DNA from: Enoplolaimus lenunculus | Lineage: Eukaryota | DNA length: 64,000 bases | Assembly: GCA_030248215.1 (NCBI GenBank) | Contig: JASANG010002792.1 | Location: 372,001-436,000 of the forward strand | Direction: 5' to 3' | In this document: positions 1 through 12,899 of the stretch, in pieces | How positions within the stretch are numbered: position 1 is the stretch's first letter | Layout of the letters: each line of letters opens with the position of its first letter | Position numbers and translations under genes: made by a program | The notes under the pieces: generated by a model | What the model saw: the letters and a program-made list of their open reading frames with translations, nothing else | What the model was told of the DNA's origin: nothing | Database searches by the model: none

Positions 1-150
1 AAAACCATTGTTTAAACATATATTTTCATTGAAATAAGGTATTGTACAAAAGTTAATTTTTATTAAAAATGTACTGAAACAAAATTCAGATCATAATGGC
101 TGCACGATTGAATATAGTAGCAAATTTTTTTTTCGTAGACTGTGAATGCT

Positions 151-1524
151 TCACTTCCCTCCACGTAATAATCCTTTGTTTCGAAGTCGATTTAGGGTAC
201 TCCAAGCCGCTCCATACTCATCGCCACCTTGTTTTTTGAACCGCACTGCCCGTTTTACCTCTTCCATTGGCCAATTGGCAATATCCTGAAAACGAATTGT
301 ATGTGAGATTTTGTTTTTTTGTGAGAATAGTAGAAATTGGCAAGTAACTTTAAAAATTTAACTATGCAGGTTATAAAACAGTTTTGAAAATCAATGTCGA
401 GTTGTAAGCACGATTTCCAACCGTTTTGGACAGTCTCATTAGTTATACCTCAACCTGGGACAGCGTCGTGCATAGCGCCTCTGCGTACCACCAAGTGGGG
501 ATGCCTCTAAAAATCGAGCGGGACGTTCAGAAAATTTAAATAAAAAATTATAAAACACCAATTCGTCTTTCACTGCTAAAATGAGTTCTTTCTTGTCGCT
601 CATTTACTCGCAAAAAACAGTCAAAATGTTTTCATATAAAACATTTCAAAAGTTGACAGGATCTCCTCACAAACCTGAGGAACGCCACTGAATTGACCGC
701 ACAAGTTCCTAGTTTTTACATGGACGTAAATTTTCTGTGATTTACGAGTAAAGTATAACATAAATTTTCATTTAACGAAACCAGAACCGAATACAGTTTT
801 TGTATTACATCATATACAAGCGGAAGCATACGGTACCTGTACACCAAACCAACTGTTAGCTGTATTATAGCAAATAACGCAACTGAATACTATTTAAATT
901 GTCGAGCATTTTGACGAAACCTTCATTTCGACCAGCTACAGAAATCGTAAAAGAGTATTAAAGATCATTGACGGCCGAAGCATTTTAGACGTTGCTGGGT
1001 AAAATAATTAATTTACCTCCGCAATAAAAGAACTATTATACATCTTAGAAATTTTGAAGTAAGACTTTCCAACAGAACAGGGTCGCAATTCGAGACAAAT
1101 TCTGAGAATTCTTTAACTGGAAACTGAAAAATACCGAATTATGAGTCGGAACCGAATAGTGAACAATATCAAATCTATTCAACAACGTGATAAACGCTTG
1201 CTGTATTTCTAGGCAGACAGCCGGCAGAACACATGTAGAACTATGAAAACACTACGCGAGCGAAGCCAGTGGATGCTGAACGTATGCCACGCTTCTAGGC
1301 AACTTGCAGGGTTGCGGCTCTCAGTATCACCCGCCTGTGAGATGGGCCCCTTCGCAATGGCTTTACATCACTTATAGATGGATTCCTGACACGCTCAGTT
1401 GCCATCCGGACAAACATATAAAGTTGTTCAAGATACGACATACCTCGTAATATGAAGCGTATGCAGTTACCACCGTTGACGCAAGCATAAACGCAAAAAT
1501 TGTTGCGATAGCAAATTTTGTCAT
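151..1524 (-). CDS. Putative neuropeptide/peptide-hormone precursor, 2 coding exons (1444-1524; 151-285), 71 aa
   Basis: Exon 1 MTKFAIATIFAFMLASTVVTAYASYYE (hydrophobic signal peptide) ends at a GAG|GTATGT donor. Exon 2 starts after TTTTCAG in the same phase: DIANWPMEEVKRAVRFKKQGGDEYGAAWSTLNRLRNKGLLRGGK*. It has KR and KK dibasic sites and a terminal G-K amidation signal. AATAAA lies on the minus strand at 59-64. Confidence 0.8.
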
Positions 1525-4328
1525 AATTATATACTTCAGGTGTAAAGTATAAGTAATTATTATCAATTTGGTTATGCAATCATCTTAAAAAATTTTGCAT
1601 ATTTAAAGTTTTCATGACTTCTTCTAATCATTCCACGCCCAAATTTGAATTTGTAAAAAGTCGATTTTTTAAAATCCAATTCCCCCCAATTTGGTTATGG
1701 AACGATCTAGAGCGGCTGTGAGAAGCTCAAATATGTAAAAAAATTTCAAAATCCAACCGTTTTGGTCCAAACGCCGGCTGCAGCGATAACCAAAAAGACC
1801 CAAATGAAGCTCATTTGCCGCAGCTATACGAATTTAAACTGTAATATAATCATTAGAAAAATTACTCATGTTTCCAAATCATGAAAACAGAATAAGCTAT
1901 ATCCCAGCAATCGGAATAGGGTCAAAAAGTAATGATCATAAAAGTTAATTTCGTAATTAGCCAACCAGGTAACCACGCTATCGAACACTCTTAATCCACT
2001 TAGAACCGACGATATAAATAAATCAACACTAACATTGATAAAATAACTTAGCTAATGCGCCTATTCTGGTGCTATTAACCTATTAAAGTGTCCATGTACA
2101 GCATGGCGTACATTGTGACTTAGTGAGGCGGTGGATTTTGCCTGATTTAATCTGGACGCAATTGCAAAGCCTAAAATGGCCGATCATATGTTCATTTTTG
2201 TGAATGAAATGTGACTTTAGCGTAAGAAGAGGCTAAAAATGTGACGTAGAAACAGTCTTGTGATATAGACTTGCGTCTAGTAACCACTGAAGATGTTATG
2301 TTTATATTTAGCACCAACATGGTGTTTGACTTCTAGCTTGCTTCGCTCACGAGTTTTTTCCGCTATCGCTTATCGCGCAGCCCACCAGAGGTTTCTGGAT
2401 ACAACAATGCTAGTAAAAACGCATAAGTTGCGCATTGGTTCACACTTGCTGCATGCATAGACTGGTGTTTATGTTGGTAGAGTCATGTCTTTCTGATTCT
2501 CCGACTTCCATCGGCCTGGAAGTACGGCAGGCAACCTGAGAAAATGATTTGAATACGTGCTGAACCGGTAGCGAAAAATTGTTCATAAATATGTGTCACT
2601 GATTGATTCAATTTGCACCGTTTGTGCGAAAGTTTTTCTAAAACCATATGTTTTGAGTTATTCTGAGCTACATGCCAGAGCACGGACCTTCACCGTACGA
2701 TACGTAGTAAACGTTTTACCACATCATGATATAGTACCCATGAGAACAGTTTGTATCGCATTTTTTTCTATTTTTTTCGTGTTTTTCAGTTATTTTACTG
2801 CCGGCGTTTGCCGAAAAACAGTCCTATTTTGAAATTTTTTTGCATATTTGAGTTTCTCATGACCTCCCTTGATCATTTTACATCCAAATTGAATTTTTGA
2901 AAAATTCATGTTTGAAGGAAAGGAAAGGTCCCCTTTTATGACCCAGAAAAATTAAACAAAGTACGTATCATTTAGACACAGCATGCAGAACTGAGCCAAA
3001 AGTTTTCCGCAATCAGACGATTGGTTCATTTGTCAAATTTACCGATTTATCACCATGCTAGCGATTTGAATAGTTACCAGATCACGACTTGTTACCCTAA
3101 CCCCTGATTAAGGGAAACTTAATAGTGCCACTCGTCTTAGCTCCGCGGGCTGCGTCTAAGACGGATAAGTTGTGTAACTTTTTGACTGAAAATATATATC
3201 AGGTCCCAATGAGGGTACCATAGGACCTTGAGATGCCGAATTTTCTAAAAATACAAATTTGAGTTGGTGCATGAGGTGATATAATGAAAAGCTCGCGATT
3301 ATGCATAACTCTTATAACCGATTCATTTTTAGGCGAACGCTGGCTCGGTGGGGAAATAAATCGAAAAGAGTGATTTGCAAACATGTAAACTGTTAAAGGC
3401 AGAGCTACGTGATATGATTGGAGTTTTAGAACTCTAATGTTTTTGTCTTGAATTAAAAACGTTTCATATTCGGTTTTGTTGTTTGGTTTCGTACAAAACA
3501 TTTAATCTTGATGTTTATAGAAAATCACCTGCAAACGCGACAATTACCGGGAAGCAATTATATACTGCCACTATCTGATTAGATGTAATCATATATTTAT
3601 GACATTCCTACAAAAATAATTGTATATTCTGTACTACGATATAGTGGTTCACCTGTGTTGCCTTTGGCTAAGTGTGTTTTTCAGTGGCGTATAGAACGAG
3701 AGGGATACAGTAGATATGTCCACTCCCCAACAATTATGGAAAAACGCAAAAAAGACACTTTTATTAGGCGATTACATGACGGTATATCTTACCAAATTAA
3801 AATCCAGGCTATGCCATTTGTTGCTGGTATATTGCTTTTCAGTAGGGAAATGATTAAGGTATATATGAAATAAAAATATTTGCACCAAGAGCGCCAAGAG
3901 GCATGAGTTTAAAAGAAAAACAAGTCTGGTATTAACTAACCAAAAACTGGCATTAATAGCAAGTTGCCAGGCACAAGAGCTATACCGTAGGCAGTTCTGA
4001 AAGCTAATTCGAAAACTATAAAGCGAGAAACTTCTTTCGTTTAAAAAAATAAATCAAATTATCTGCTTTTGCAACATTAGCACCAGTGTAGTCAATTTGT
4101 CGACGCTACTTTGACGCGGCAGAACAGCAATATACAAATATTCCTACGCCTAAGCCTAAGCCTAAACCATTTTCGCGGCAAACTGATACACCCCAATCGA
4201 TCATGAGGAACTAAAACAGCGAAAACGTCCTCGATACCATGACTCAATTGAAACATTAATGAATTCGACAACAAAGTGAATAAAAGTCTTAGTAGAAGAG
4301 TCGATACAGTTATTTCCTTACACATCGT

Positions 4329-4511
4329 GGCCCATGTTACTTTAAGTGGCGTTCAGATTTCTGGTGGGTCGCTAAAAGAGTATGTTTAGATTCTAGTTTA
4401 CATTTTTTGCTTAGGCTTAGACTTAGGCTTAGCCTTATGAACACATTTTTGCAATGCTTAGGTTTACGCTAAGGCTTACGAATATTGCGCTTCTTAAAAG
4501 TAACATTGGCC
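4329..4511. mobile_element. MITE family B carrying telomere-like TTAGGC repeats (copy 1)
   Basis: TIRs GGCCCATGTTACTTTAAG ... CTTAAAAGTAACATTGGCC enclose degenerate TTAGGC repeats. An inverted homologous copy is at 11887-12086. Confidence 0.7.
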
Positions 4512-6839
4512 CACATTATTTAGCATAGTAACGCAAGCTTGCTGGTTTCGTGCAAATTCGATTATGGCATTAAATACTATACAGTTGCCAGAATAAAACA
4601 TTTGTCTGCTGAGTTGAATTAACCAACCAGCTAAATCTCTGCTAAACCTATTTAAGGGAATTTGAGGTTTAAATCTGTCCACTAGCTCCATTTTCAGATG
4701 GATTTTGAACAAGATAAGAAGGTATTCGTTTCAACTTCAGACTAAGCGGCTTAAAGGGCGTCCCCACGGGGGGCATTGGGGATCAGAGCCCCACTCCACC
4801 AAGTTTGGCTGGTGCCCACCCAAACATACTCGGTCTAAAAGTAGATAGCCCTGAATTGCAATTGTCGGGCCCTCAAATTATTTGGTGCTCTCCCCAAATA
4901 TAATTTTCTGCGGACGCCAATGGGTTTAGCTTATCCACGTTTCGCAGCTAATTTAAGTGACGTGTTCTCGGCATAACAATAGTTGTTGTATGGACATTTT
5001 GAGCTTTCGCAGTCGCTGCCGAACAAATTTGTCAACTCGAAAACCAAAAACAAAGTATAAATTTGAGTACAATTTAAAAAGTTGTCAAAAGTTCCGGCAA
5101 TTTCAGTGGCAAAATGTTTTTGAATTTGAAAAAAGCTCAGTTGTTTAGTGATTTGATTTATCACTCGCGGAAAATTTTTAATCTTTAATAATAATTGCCC
5201 CAAAGTTTCTACAAAAAAAATGACAAAAGAAACTTCTGACAACACATCATGGATTATTTTTGAAAAGATGCAACTTCAACATTATCTTAAGTACACAATT
5301 TTTTTGCACTCCGGTTCAGTCGAATTTTGCTGCCCTTCGGCGCCGACTCGAGTATTTCTAACCTGCACATGAACCATAACCCGACTGTTTCTTTCTGGTT
5401 TCAAACCATCAATAAACCACACGCCGGAAGTAGAACAAAAAGGTTAGAAACGAAAACGTTTCACTGCATATTTCTGTCTGTTTATGCACGAGAGTAACGA
5501 AAGAGCGTCGTCTTCAATTTGCCTGTCATCTGGCACCGTATGCTTTTCCCAACATCTGATTAATTCTAATAAATAATGCGTTTATGGTTAAGATTCACAC
5601 GTTATAGAGATTCTAAAAATGACTCGCTTGCCATCTGCGTCTGTTCAGTCTAATCATCAAAAACGTATCTTCCGCTTACTAATTTGGTGTTACCCGTAGC
5701 CAGCTCACCATGTTGGTAGGCTAAAAATCATTTAGAAGGGGCTTTTCGAGATTTCCGATGACAGTTAAAGCTAAAGTTTTAATCTTTTTTCGAAAGGGGT
5801 GTTGGAAATTTTCAAAGAGAGTCCGAGTACCACAGCCGCAATTTGCTACCTTAATCAAGGTACAATCCTGATAAACAATTAATATTATTTTCAGTTTATG
5901 GTATAAAACCAATGTCTGCGGAAAACTGGTGCTTTTGTAGCAATTTACAGTTGTTTATAATTGTTTTATACGAATTCAAGATACAAATTTTAGGTTTTAG
6001 GTGTTTGTAGTTCACGTTTGAATTCAAGCCGTTACTGATATTCATTCAATGAAATTGAGATAGTAGAAAAACTAAAGCACACATTCCAGTTTGAAAAATA
6101 AACGAAATTTTTAAAATGATTTATTTGTATTTTATTTATTAATTGGAAAATAACTTTTATTCAAAGGGGATATGATCTCATATCGCGCTGTATTCATGTC
6201 CGATCTTGACATCATTTGCCTGCCAAAATAACCAGCTGTGCTTGAAGTATATGCGCAATGATTTTCAGTTTCGCAGCCGATTTGACTATACACTGGAATA
6301 AAACTCAGCTAAAATATTTAATACTACTGAAACCAACAGAAAAAAGATTAGTTAAATCTGACGGTTATACGCGGTTCAAAATCATTCAGAAACTTTGCAA
6401 AACTCACACCGGACAATAACTGGCACCGGCCGTATCTCATATTACAAGTTTAACAAAATATCTTCATTGTCACAATATCTGTCTGTTGAGGTCAAAGCTA
6501 TGTTACAGATTGAAACGTCAAAGCTTCCACCGACATATTCTGACGTCTTCAAGTCTAAATTTCATAGGTTTACGGTTGCCAGTTATTTTTGCTATTTTTA
6601 TGACGTTTGGGTTTACCTATTTATAAACCGTTAAAACGCAAACTGCATAAAACCTATAATTGTCACTTGTAGCAAAAAATATCCTGTATAAAAAATTATA
6701 TCATTTTCGGAAAACGTTCATTACAGTCACAATCGGAAAGTAGATTTTCATCTAATCAAGGCGCAAATTGATATGTTATACTGTACAAAACGTCAGATTG
6801 GGGCAGTTTCTATCTATGCCGGCATGAACATAAATTGCG

Positions 6840-7294
6840 TACTGTAGTGACCTGAATAAGAGGGGGGACAGATATTTATTTGGTCTCTACAGAGAGTATC
6901 TCCACTTCTGTTATATTCGGTTACGGACTGTTATTTGTTTTTATCCATCGCTCCGCCACCCTTCGTTACTGGTATATTACTGCAAATATCCGTTGAATTA
7001 AACGTTTGTTTGTCTTGTATCAAAAGCTTGAGCGATAATGCATGGATATAGTAAGGAATGTACTTTCAAAACTTAAGTATTCAGTAAAGTTTATAACTGA
7101 ACTTTTTTTGGGCTTGGAGTTGGTTATGCAATGCAAATAGAAATAATTGTCCTTTATGGACTCTATTTAGGGATCAACGACTCTATCCACTTACGGCCTC
7201 TTATTAGAGATACGGACTTTTATTGATTGGAACTCAAAATGGAGATTCCCTCTTATTACTACACCCCACCCCTTTTATTGGGGTCACCACAGTA
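6840..7294. mobile_element. Non-autonomous TIR element with TA ends (Tc1/mariner-like MITE), copy 1
   Basis: Begins TACTGTAGTGACCTGAATAAGAGGGG and ends CCCCTTTTATTGGGGTCACCACAGTA. The interior matches 38881-39370 in inverted orientation. Confidence 0.75.
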
Positions 7295-7647
7295 ACCAGA
7301 AAAAGATACCTGCAAAAAGTCAATACTTGATGCATTGTACTTCAAAGATTGTAAAGACAAAATTAATTTTCTGGCAAACTATACAATAAATTTGGAAATT
7401 AACTGTCCAAAAGCTATGTACCATAAAAAATACGTTTCTCACAACTGCTTGGTCAAGACGTCACGTACCTAAATTCAAAATGCTGAAATTATAGAGATTT
7501 ATGTACATTTAACAAATATAATTGCCAGTCCTACTGGGCTATTTATGCTAGACTATTCGTGTAGCAAACATTCTTGGAGATCGTTTTGCTAATGGTTATA
7601 GATCCAAGATATCTCTAGTGAATAATAAAACATCAGAGTAAATTCCA

Positions 7648-7665
7648 AATATATATAATATGTAT

Positions 7666-7704
<39 letters not shown>
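7648..7704. repeat. Imperfect (TA)n microsatellite
   Basis: Direct reading of alternating TA. Confidence 0.9.
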
Positions 7705-7707
<3 letters not shown>

Positions 7708-9758
7708 AGCTCGGTCATTTTATGCTCCTTAGAAACAGAATTTTTATCATAGTATCATGAGGTTTATGATAAAACTATTAAACTGTTTACAATCCAGTAA
7801 TTTAGATTAAATCACAGATTATCAACAATTTTCTTTTCAATTATTGCGTGAGACCTCACTTATAACTGTATATTATAAAATGACCAACGCTATTTTTATG
7901 AGACGTACAAAAACTGATATATTATGAAACATCCTTGCCTAAAATATATGGGTAATTAAACATTGGTTATTGGCCAAGATGCGAAATAGACTTCTGCAGT
8001 GTAAAATGAAGCCTACATTTTTAAATACTAATGTTTGTGTTACCTTGCGATGAGGAATGTTCGTGACACTGGAGATACAACATTACAAAGTCAGAATTCC
8101 TGCCTCTTTCTAACCGTTAACAATATTTTTTATTGCGTGCGGCAAACAAAATTTTAAATAGAGTAAAAACTTCGTGTTAATCTGAAGTATGGATCTCGTA
8201 TTTTATCTCGTGTTCGTCAAGTAGACATTAGAAACGTTGGCCCATTAAGATCAGGGGCGGAACGTTTTTCTGTGGGAATGCAATAGAGTTAGCTTATCTT
8301 TAGACTATTTTTCCTTGGCTTAGGCTTAGGCTCTGGCTTAGGCTTGTGAATATGCCGGTTGGTACGCTTAGGCTTAGGGTTAGGCTTAGTAATTCAGCTA
8401 GTAAATCGACAAATAAACGGTAAAGTTGCACATTACCAATAGAGATTTTTAAAAGCGTAGTATGGGAAATTTAAACAGTCCTTGAAAATTAGAAAACTGA
8501 TATATAAAAGATTCTTACGACCAACGAGGACATTGAGAAGAGCCAAAATCGTCAGTGTTAAATTGAAGAGCAAGGCGATGTGTTGTACGTAGGAGAAAAT
8601 ATGTAACTAAATTGCACAAAATTAAAGTTTCTCTCTAATATCCTATTTCACAACTGAAACTTAAAATGACAATGAAAATGAAATTTGAAAACTGTTCCAT
8701 TTTCTCGTGTATAAAAAATTCGTGTTGGGACAGCACTAGTAGTACCTATAGAATGGCGATTTGATCATATTTATATATTTGGAAGCAAAAATATATCTTC
8801 TAAATTGCAGTTGTATCGCTCGGTTTAGTTGGAACTCTACTGCTGCGCCGGTACTTTAGCAACATTCTATAAGACTCTATTTGGTAGCTTCACTATTAAA
8901 CCATTCTGCTATGATTACCAAAACAACGCTACACAGTACCGTGTAAGTTGAAGACGAACAAAGTGTAACTGCTTTTTAGGATATCTAGTAATCGTCTAAA
9001 TATTAGAATTATGTGTGCCAATTACACTGATTTTACTGCACACCATATTTGCAACGCGACCTTGTACAATACATTTTAGCTTAACATGAGGAAATACATG
9101 TTAACAAAGTTGTATGCTCATGCAGATGAGATTGACTAGTAGAAACAGGAACGAAAATGACTTACAAAAGACATTTTAAAACAAAAATTATGATTAAGTT
9201 ACGCGCAAATTAAAACGCCATGTCCATATTTAACAACATTAAAGGATTTTCTTCCAGCAACAGCGAATACGCTACAATCTCGAATAGCAGATGTCTTCAG
9301 TTTCTTATCGTCGTATGCAAACGTGAATATGCAAAGCCAAATGCTCAGGAGCTGGAGCTTATGTTTGCGTTGCGCTTTAACACCACCGTCACAACTGTCT
9401 AATACAAATTAAGATACTTTACAAACGAAATCACATGCCATTTTAGGCTTCACAAACCAACCTGTAATTAATTACTCTAGCGCAACGCATTTGTCTAGCT
9501 TATACAACTCATTTGTCTAGCTTATACACGTAATTTGTTATAACAGTAGTTTGTTCGTAAAATAGACGTCAAGCTTCAAATTAATTATCTGCCATATTTG
9601 ATACAGCTATAGCAGCGTCAAAAACAGTGAAACCAGCAGTTGGACAATGATTTTATCGTTGCTGTTCCACAATCGATTGTCTATAGTATGGTTCGATTAC
9701 TAAAAGCGTCGAAGCTGAATGCGTATTCCTATCTAATTTCAAAATTTGACTTTCTGAT

Positions 9759-10101
9759 TTAGGGTTGCGCTACACTCGACGACCAGCGCCGTCGGGCGCC
9801 GTCGGTTACCGTGAGTCACCCGTGCGGCGCCATCCGTCATCGTACTTCAACAGTGCGGCGCCGTCCGTCACCGAACGTCACCCGTGCGGCGCCGTATGTC
9901 ACCGTACGTGACCCGTTCGGCGCCGTCTGTCACCGAACGTCATTCTTACGGCGCCGTCCGTCACCGATCATACCATACGTTATCGTACGTGAGTTTTTTG
10001 CGTACGATACCGCCCGGTGACGGGCGGCGCCGCACGGTGACGGACTGACGGTGACGGACGGCGACGGCGCCGGACGTCAACAAAAGTATAATGCACCCTT
10101 A
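9759..10101. mobile_element. GC-rich foldback element/MITE built of GGCGCCGTCCGTCACCG units
   Basis: Imperfect TIRs (TTAGGGTTGCGCTACACT / AGTATAATGCACCCTTA). The left arm carries several GGCGCCGTCCGTCACCG units, and the right arm (about 10017-10079) is their reverse complement. Confidence 0.7.
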
Positions 10102-11604
10102 TTGTCATATTGTTCGGATTTTGAAACGCTACTAAAGTATAACTTCATACTTTTCCTGCAACTACTTAACGAATTTTCTTGTGTTAAAAAGCGCACTTAA
10201 ATTTTAAATAAATAATTGCCTGTGTCACCGAGGGTATTTGACCTGGTGCTGACTAACAGTTCTTTTATAGCACCACTGGTCTTAATTATGATTGAAGACT
10301 CCAGGTGCGTAGTTGGTACAAGTAAAATACATCGTTCGTTTCTCTTGCGCCGCATGTAAACTGTCATTTTCATTTCGCTGTAAATATGTATCCATCCGAA
10401 GCAGGGGACTGAAAGCTTACATTTAATATTAAAAACGCTTCCGTAAATACTATAATCGTTTTCAGAACTTGGATATTATGAAGCTACCAGCCAACGATAA
10501 GCAATGGGCTTTACAGCATATCTGTTTGCAAGTTGAGAAAACCATATGGTAGTGTTTTGAATCTAGCAATCCTGAGAGCAGAGCAGGATATAAATGTCAC
10601 ATAAATATTACATTGGCACTTGATCCATTTGACCATACCTGAAAGTCCTATTGAATCAACTTTCAAATTAAGCGTTTTATCTGGAACGAACACTGTTTTG
10701 CAAAAAAACATTCAGAAAACCGTTTATTAGCCGTTTAAACGGAAAAACTGATTTGCCCAAGTTTCTGTCTGTCCATGGATTCCCTCGACTGTAATACAAT
10801 CAAAAATATCAGTTGTCTGTCACAAATTTGCCGATTTTGCGCATTGTATGGACTATATTTTTAAAATTTAAATTAGTTTATTCCCGTTCTTGCCTGAAAC
10901 AACTTAATACTGATCGCAGCAAAATATTTTTATGCAGGGCTATTTTTTCTCAAACTTTTTTCAAAAGTGAAAACAAACTGTACCAAACAAATCAATGTAG
11001 TAAAAGTATGCAAGATTTCACTACGAATTTGCCGGAACCACCGTCAGAATTTCCATTGTAGGCAAATCGTAGGTTCATTTTCTGCCAAAGTCTGTAGTAC
11101 CCTGGTCGTAAGAAATAGATAGTGATAGATATCCACTGTCGGATCAAAGAGGGGGCCGCTTCGGCCTAGGCATCTATATATTGTGGTCTTGTTTAGCACT
11201 GAAATGGGGTTTGAATTCTCGCTCCTTCACCAGAATGCTTTTGCCACTGCTATATTTCGCCTCATCAAAATTAGAAATGGTTGGATTAGTCATTGTCAAT
11301 ACAAATCTGCGATTTTTAATAATCTAGCAGTATGGTGTCAGCGTGTTTCAGTTGTCGGTTGAATTTCGAGTATAGATGGGCATCGGATGTCCGGATATGA
11401 AAAAAGCCGAATATGCATCCGAAAAGACATATGCATCGGGTTATCCGGATATCCGTCGTATATTGTTCCTGGGTGGAGCTTGTGTATGAAAAGTAATTTA
11501 GTGTTCTACAAAGTGTCACAGGATACCCGTTTCCGTTTCCAGCAAAAATCGCTATCCGCTTCCGTTTCTGGTTTAGTTATAAAAACAACAGAAATTCTAC
11601 TTTC

Positions 11605-11758
11605 GGCTCATGCATAGACCTGGGCCGAAACAGTGGTATAAGCATAATTCTAAGCCTAAGCCTAAGCTTAAGCATAAGCCTAAGCGTAAGGATGAGCTTA
11701 ATTTGACACGATTACGGCCTTGTAGAAAATCGTTCCGGGCCTGTTCTATAGATGGGCC
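11605..11758. mobile_element. MITE family A carrying GCCTAA telomere-like repeats
   Basis: Homologous to 55493-55653: left end GGCTCATGCATAGACCTGGGCCG, internal (GCCTAA)-like array, right end CCGGGCCTGTTCTATAGATGGGCC. Confidence 0.7.
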
Positions 11759-11886
11759 CCGTTTCCTAACGCTCTGAATTAGTTTTAAATCACATGTACT
11801 TCTCTCACTTTTTCATTACAGATATTTTGCAATTATTCAAAATGAAATAAAAATTTCAAAATTCCTCTCAAAGCATAAATATTTTA

Positions 11887-12086
11887 GCCAATGTTACTTT
11901 AAGGGGAATAACAGTTGATTAAGCGTATTCCTTAGTCTAAGCCTAAGCCTAAGCGTTGCAAAAGCGTGTTCCTAAGCCTAAGCGTAGCCTAAGCCTAAGC
12001 CTTAGCAAAAACGTAATCTAGAAACCAAACCTACTCTTTTTATGTACCCACCAGAAACCTGGGCGCCTCTTAAAGTAACATGGGCC
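11887..12086. mobile_element. MITE family B carrying telomere-like repeats (copy 2, inverted)
   Basis: GCCAATGTTACTTTAAG ... CTTAAAGTAACATGGGCC, with internal GCCTAA arrays. Reverse-complement match to 4329-4511. Confidence 0.7.
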
Positions 12087-12899
12087 AAAATTTTGATGCA
12101 TGCGCCATTTTTTCTTTAAAATTTTATAAAGCCTGGTGAATATTAGCATGCCTCAACTTTGTTAAATAGTATAGTTGGGCCATTTGGCACCTCTTCGCGA
12201 GTAAAAAGGTGACATGGACCAATTTTTAACGGGATTTGGACATTTTGTCCATGAAATTTGCGATTTCGCGGGCTTTGTATGAGGAAAAAAGTGACGTAAG
12301 GTGAAGAGTGGTGCACTGAAATTTGCGGGCTTTGTAGATGAGCAAATATGTGACATAAAGTGAAGAGTGATAAAGTTCGAAATGTCTAGATTTGCAAGAT
12401 GATGGTGGATAGCTTACTGGGTAGTTGAACTTACAAATATAGCAAGCAGCCCCTGAAAGGGTCACGGAGGCGTGGTACGCATGACTTCGGAAACATAATA
12501 CGACACCAATTGACTTATTCCTTAAACTGAAGCACAAATGAGAATGCAACATAGCTTAAAGCCCTGTGAATATTTGCATGCCAGTTGTACTGCCTTAAAA
12601 ATACTATATCTTTTATACACTTGTTAGCTATTCTCCGTTTTGTATTATTTAGAACATCATCTGTTATTTGTACTATCCGTTTACACAATGCTGTTAAGTC
12701 ATTTGGTTGAAAAGCATATCAAGTTTGACAGTCAAAAAGGTGCGCAAATATTTCTTTAAACACATTATTTATGGGGCAAAATTTGAAAAAGACAAATTGC
12801 TGCTGGGGCAATCTTTGGCAGCTGACCTTTCTACATTAGTGTCAATGGTGGTGTCCAATTCTGAACTGACGGCTAATTCTTGTAACGTTATTGCGTCGC

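Noticed and set aside
1600..9700. Short ORFs of 60-104 aa in the 1.6-9.7 kb region
   Set aside because: No recognisable domains or coherent exon chains. They overlap repeats and match random expectation for AT-rich DNA.
9811..10020. Arg/Pro-rich 69-aa ORF
   Set aside because: It is a by-product of the GC-rich tandem units of the foldback element.
4140..12010. True telomere or chromosome fusion site suggested by TTAGGC tracts
   Set aside because: The tracts are short, degenerate, in both orientations and mostly enclosed by MITE TIRs.
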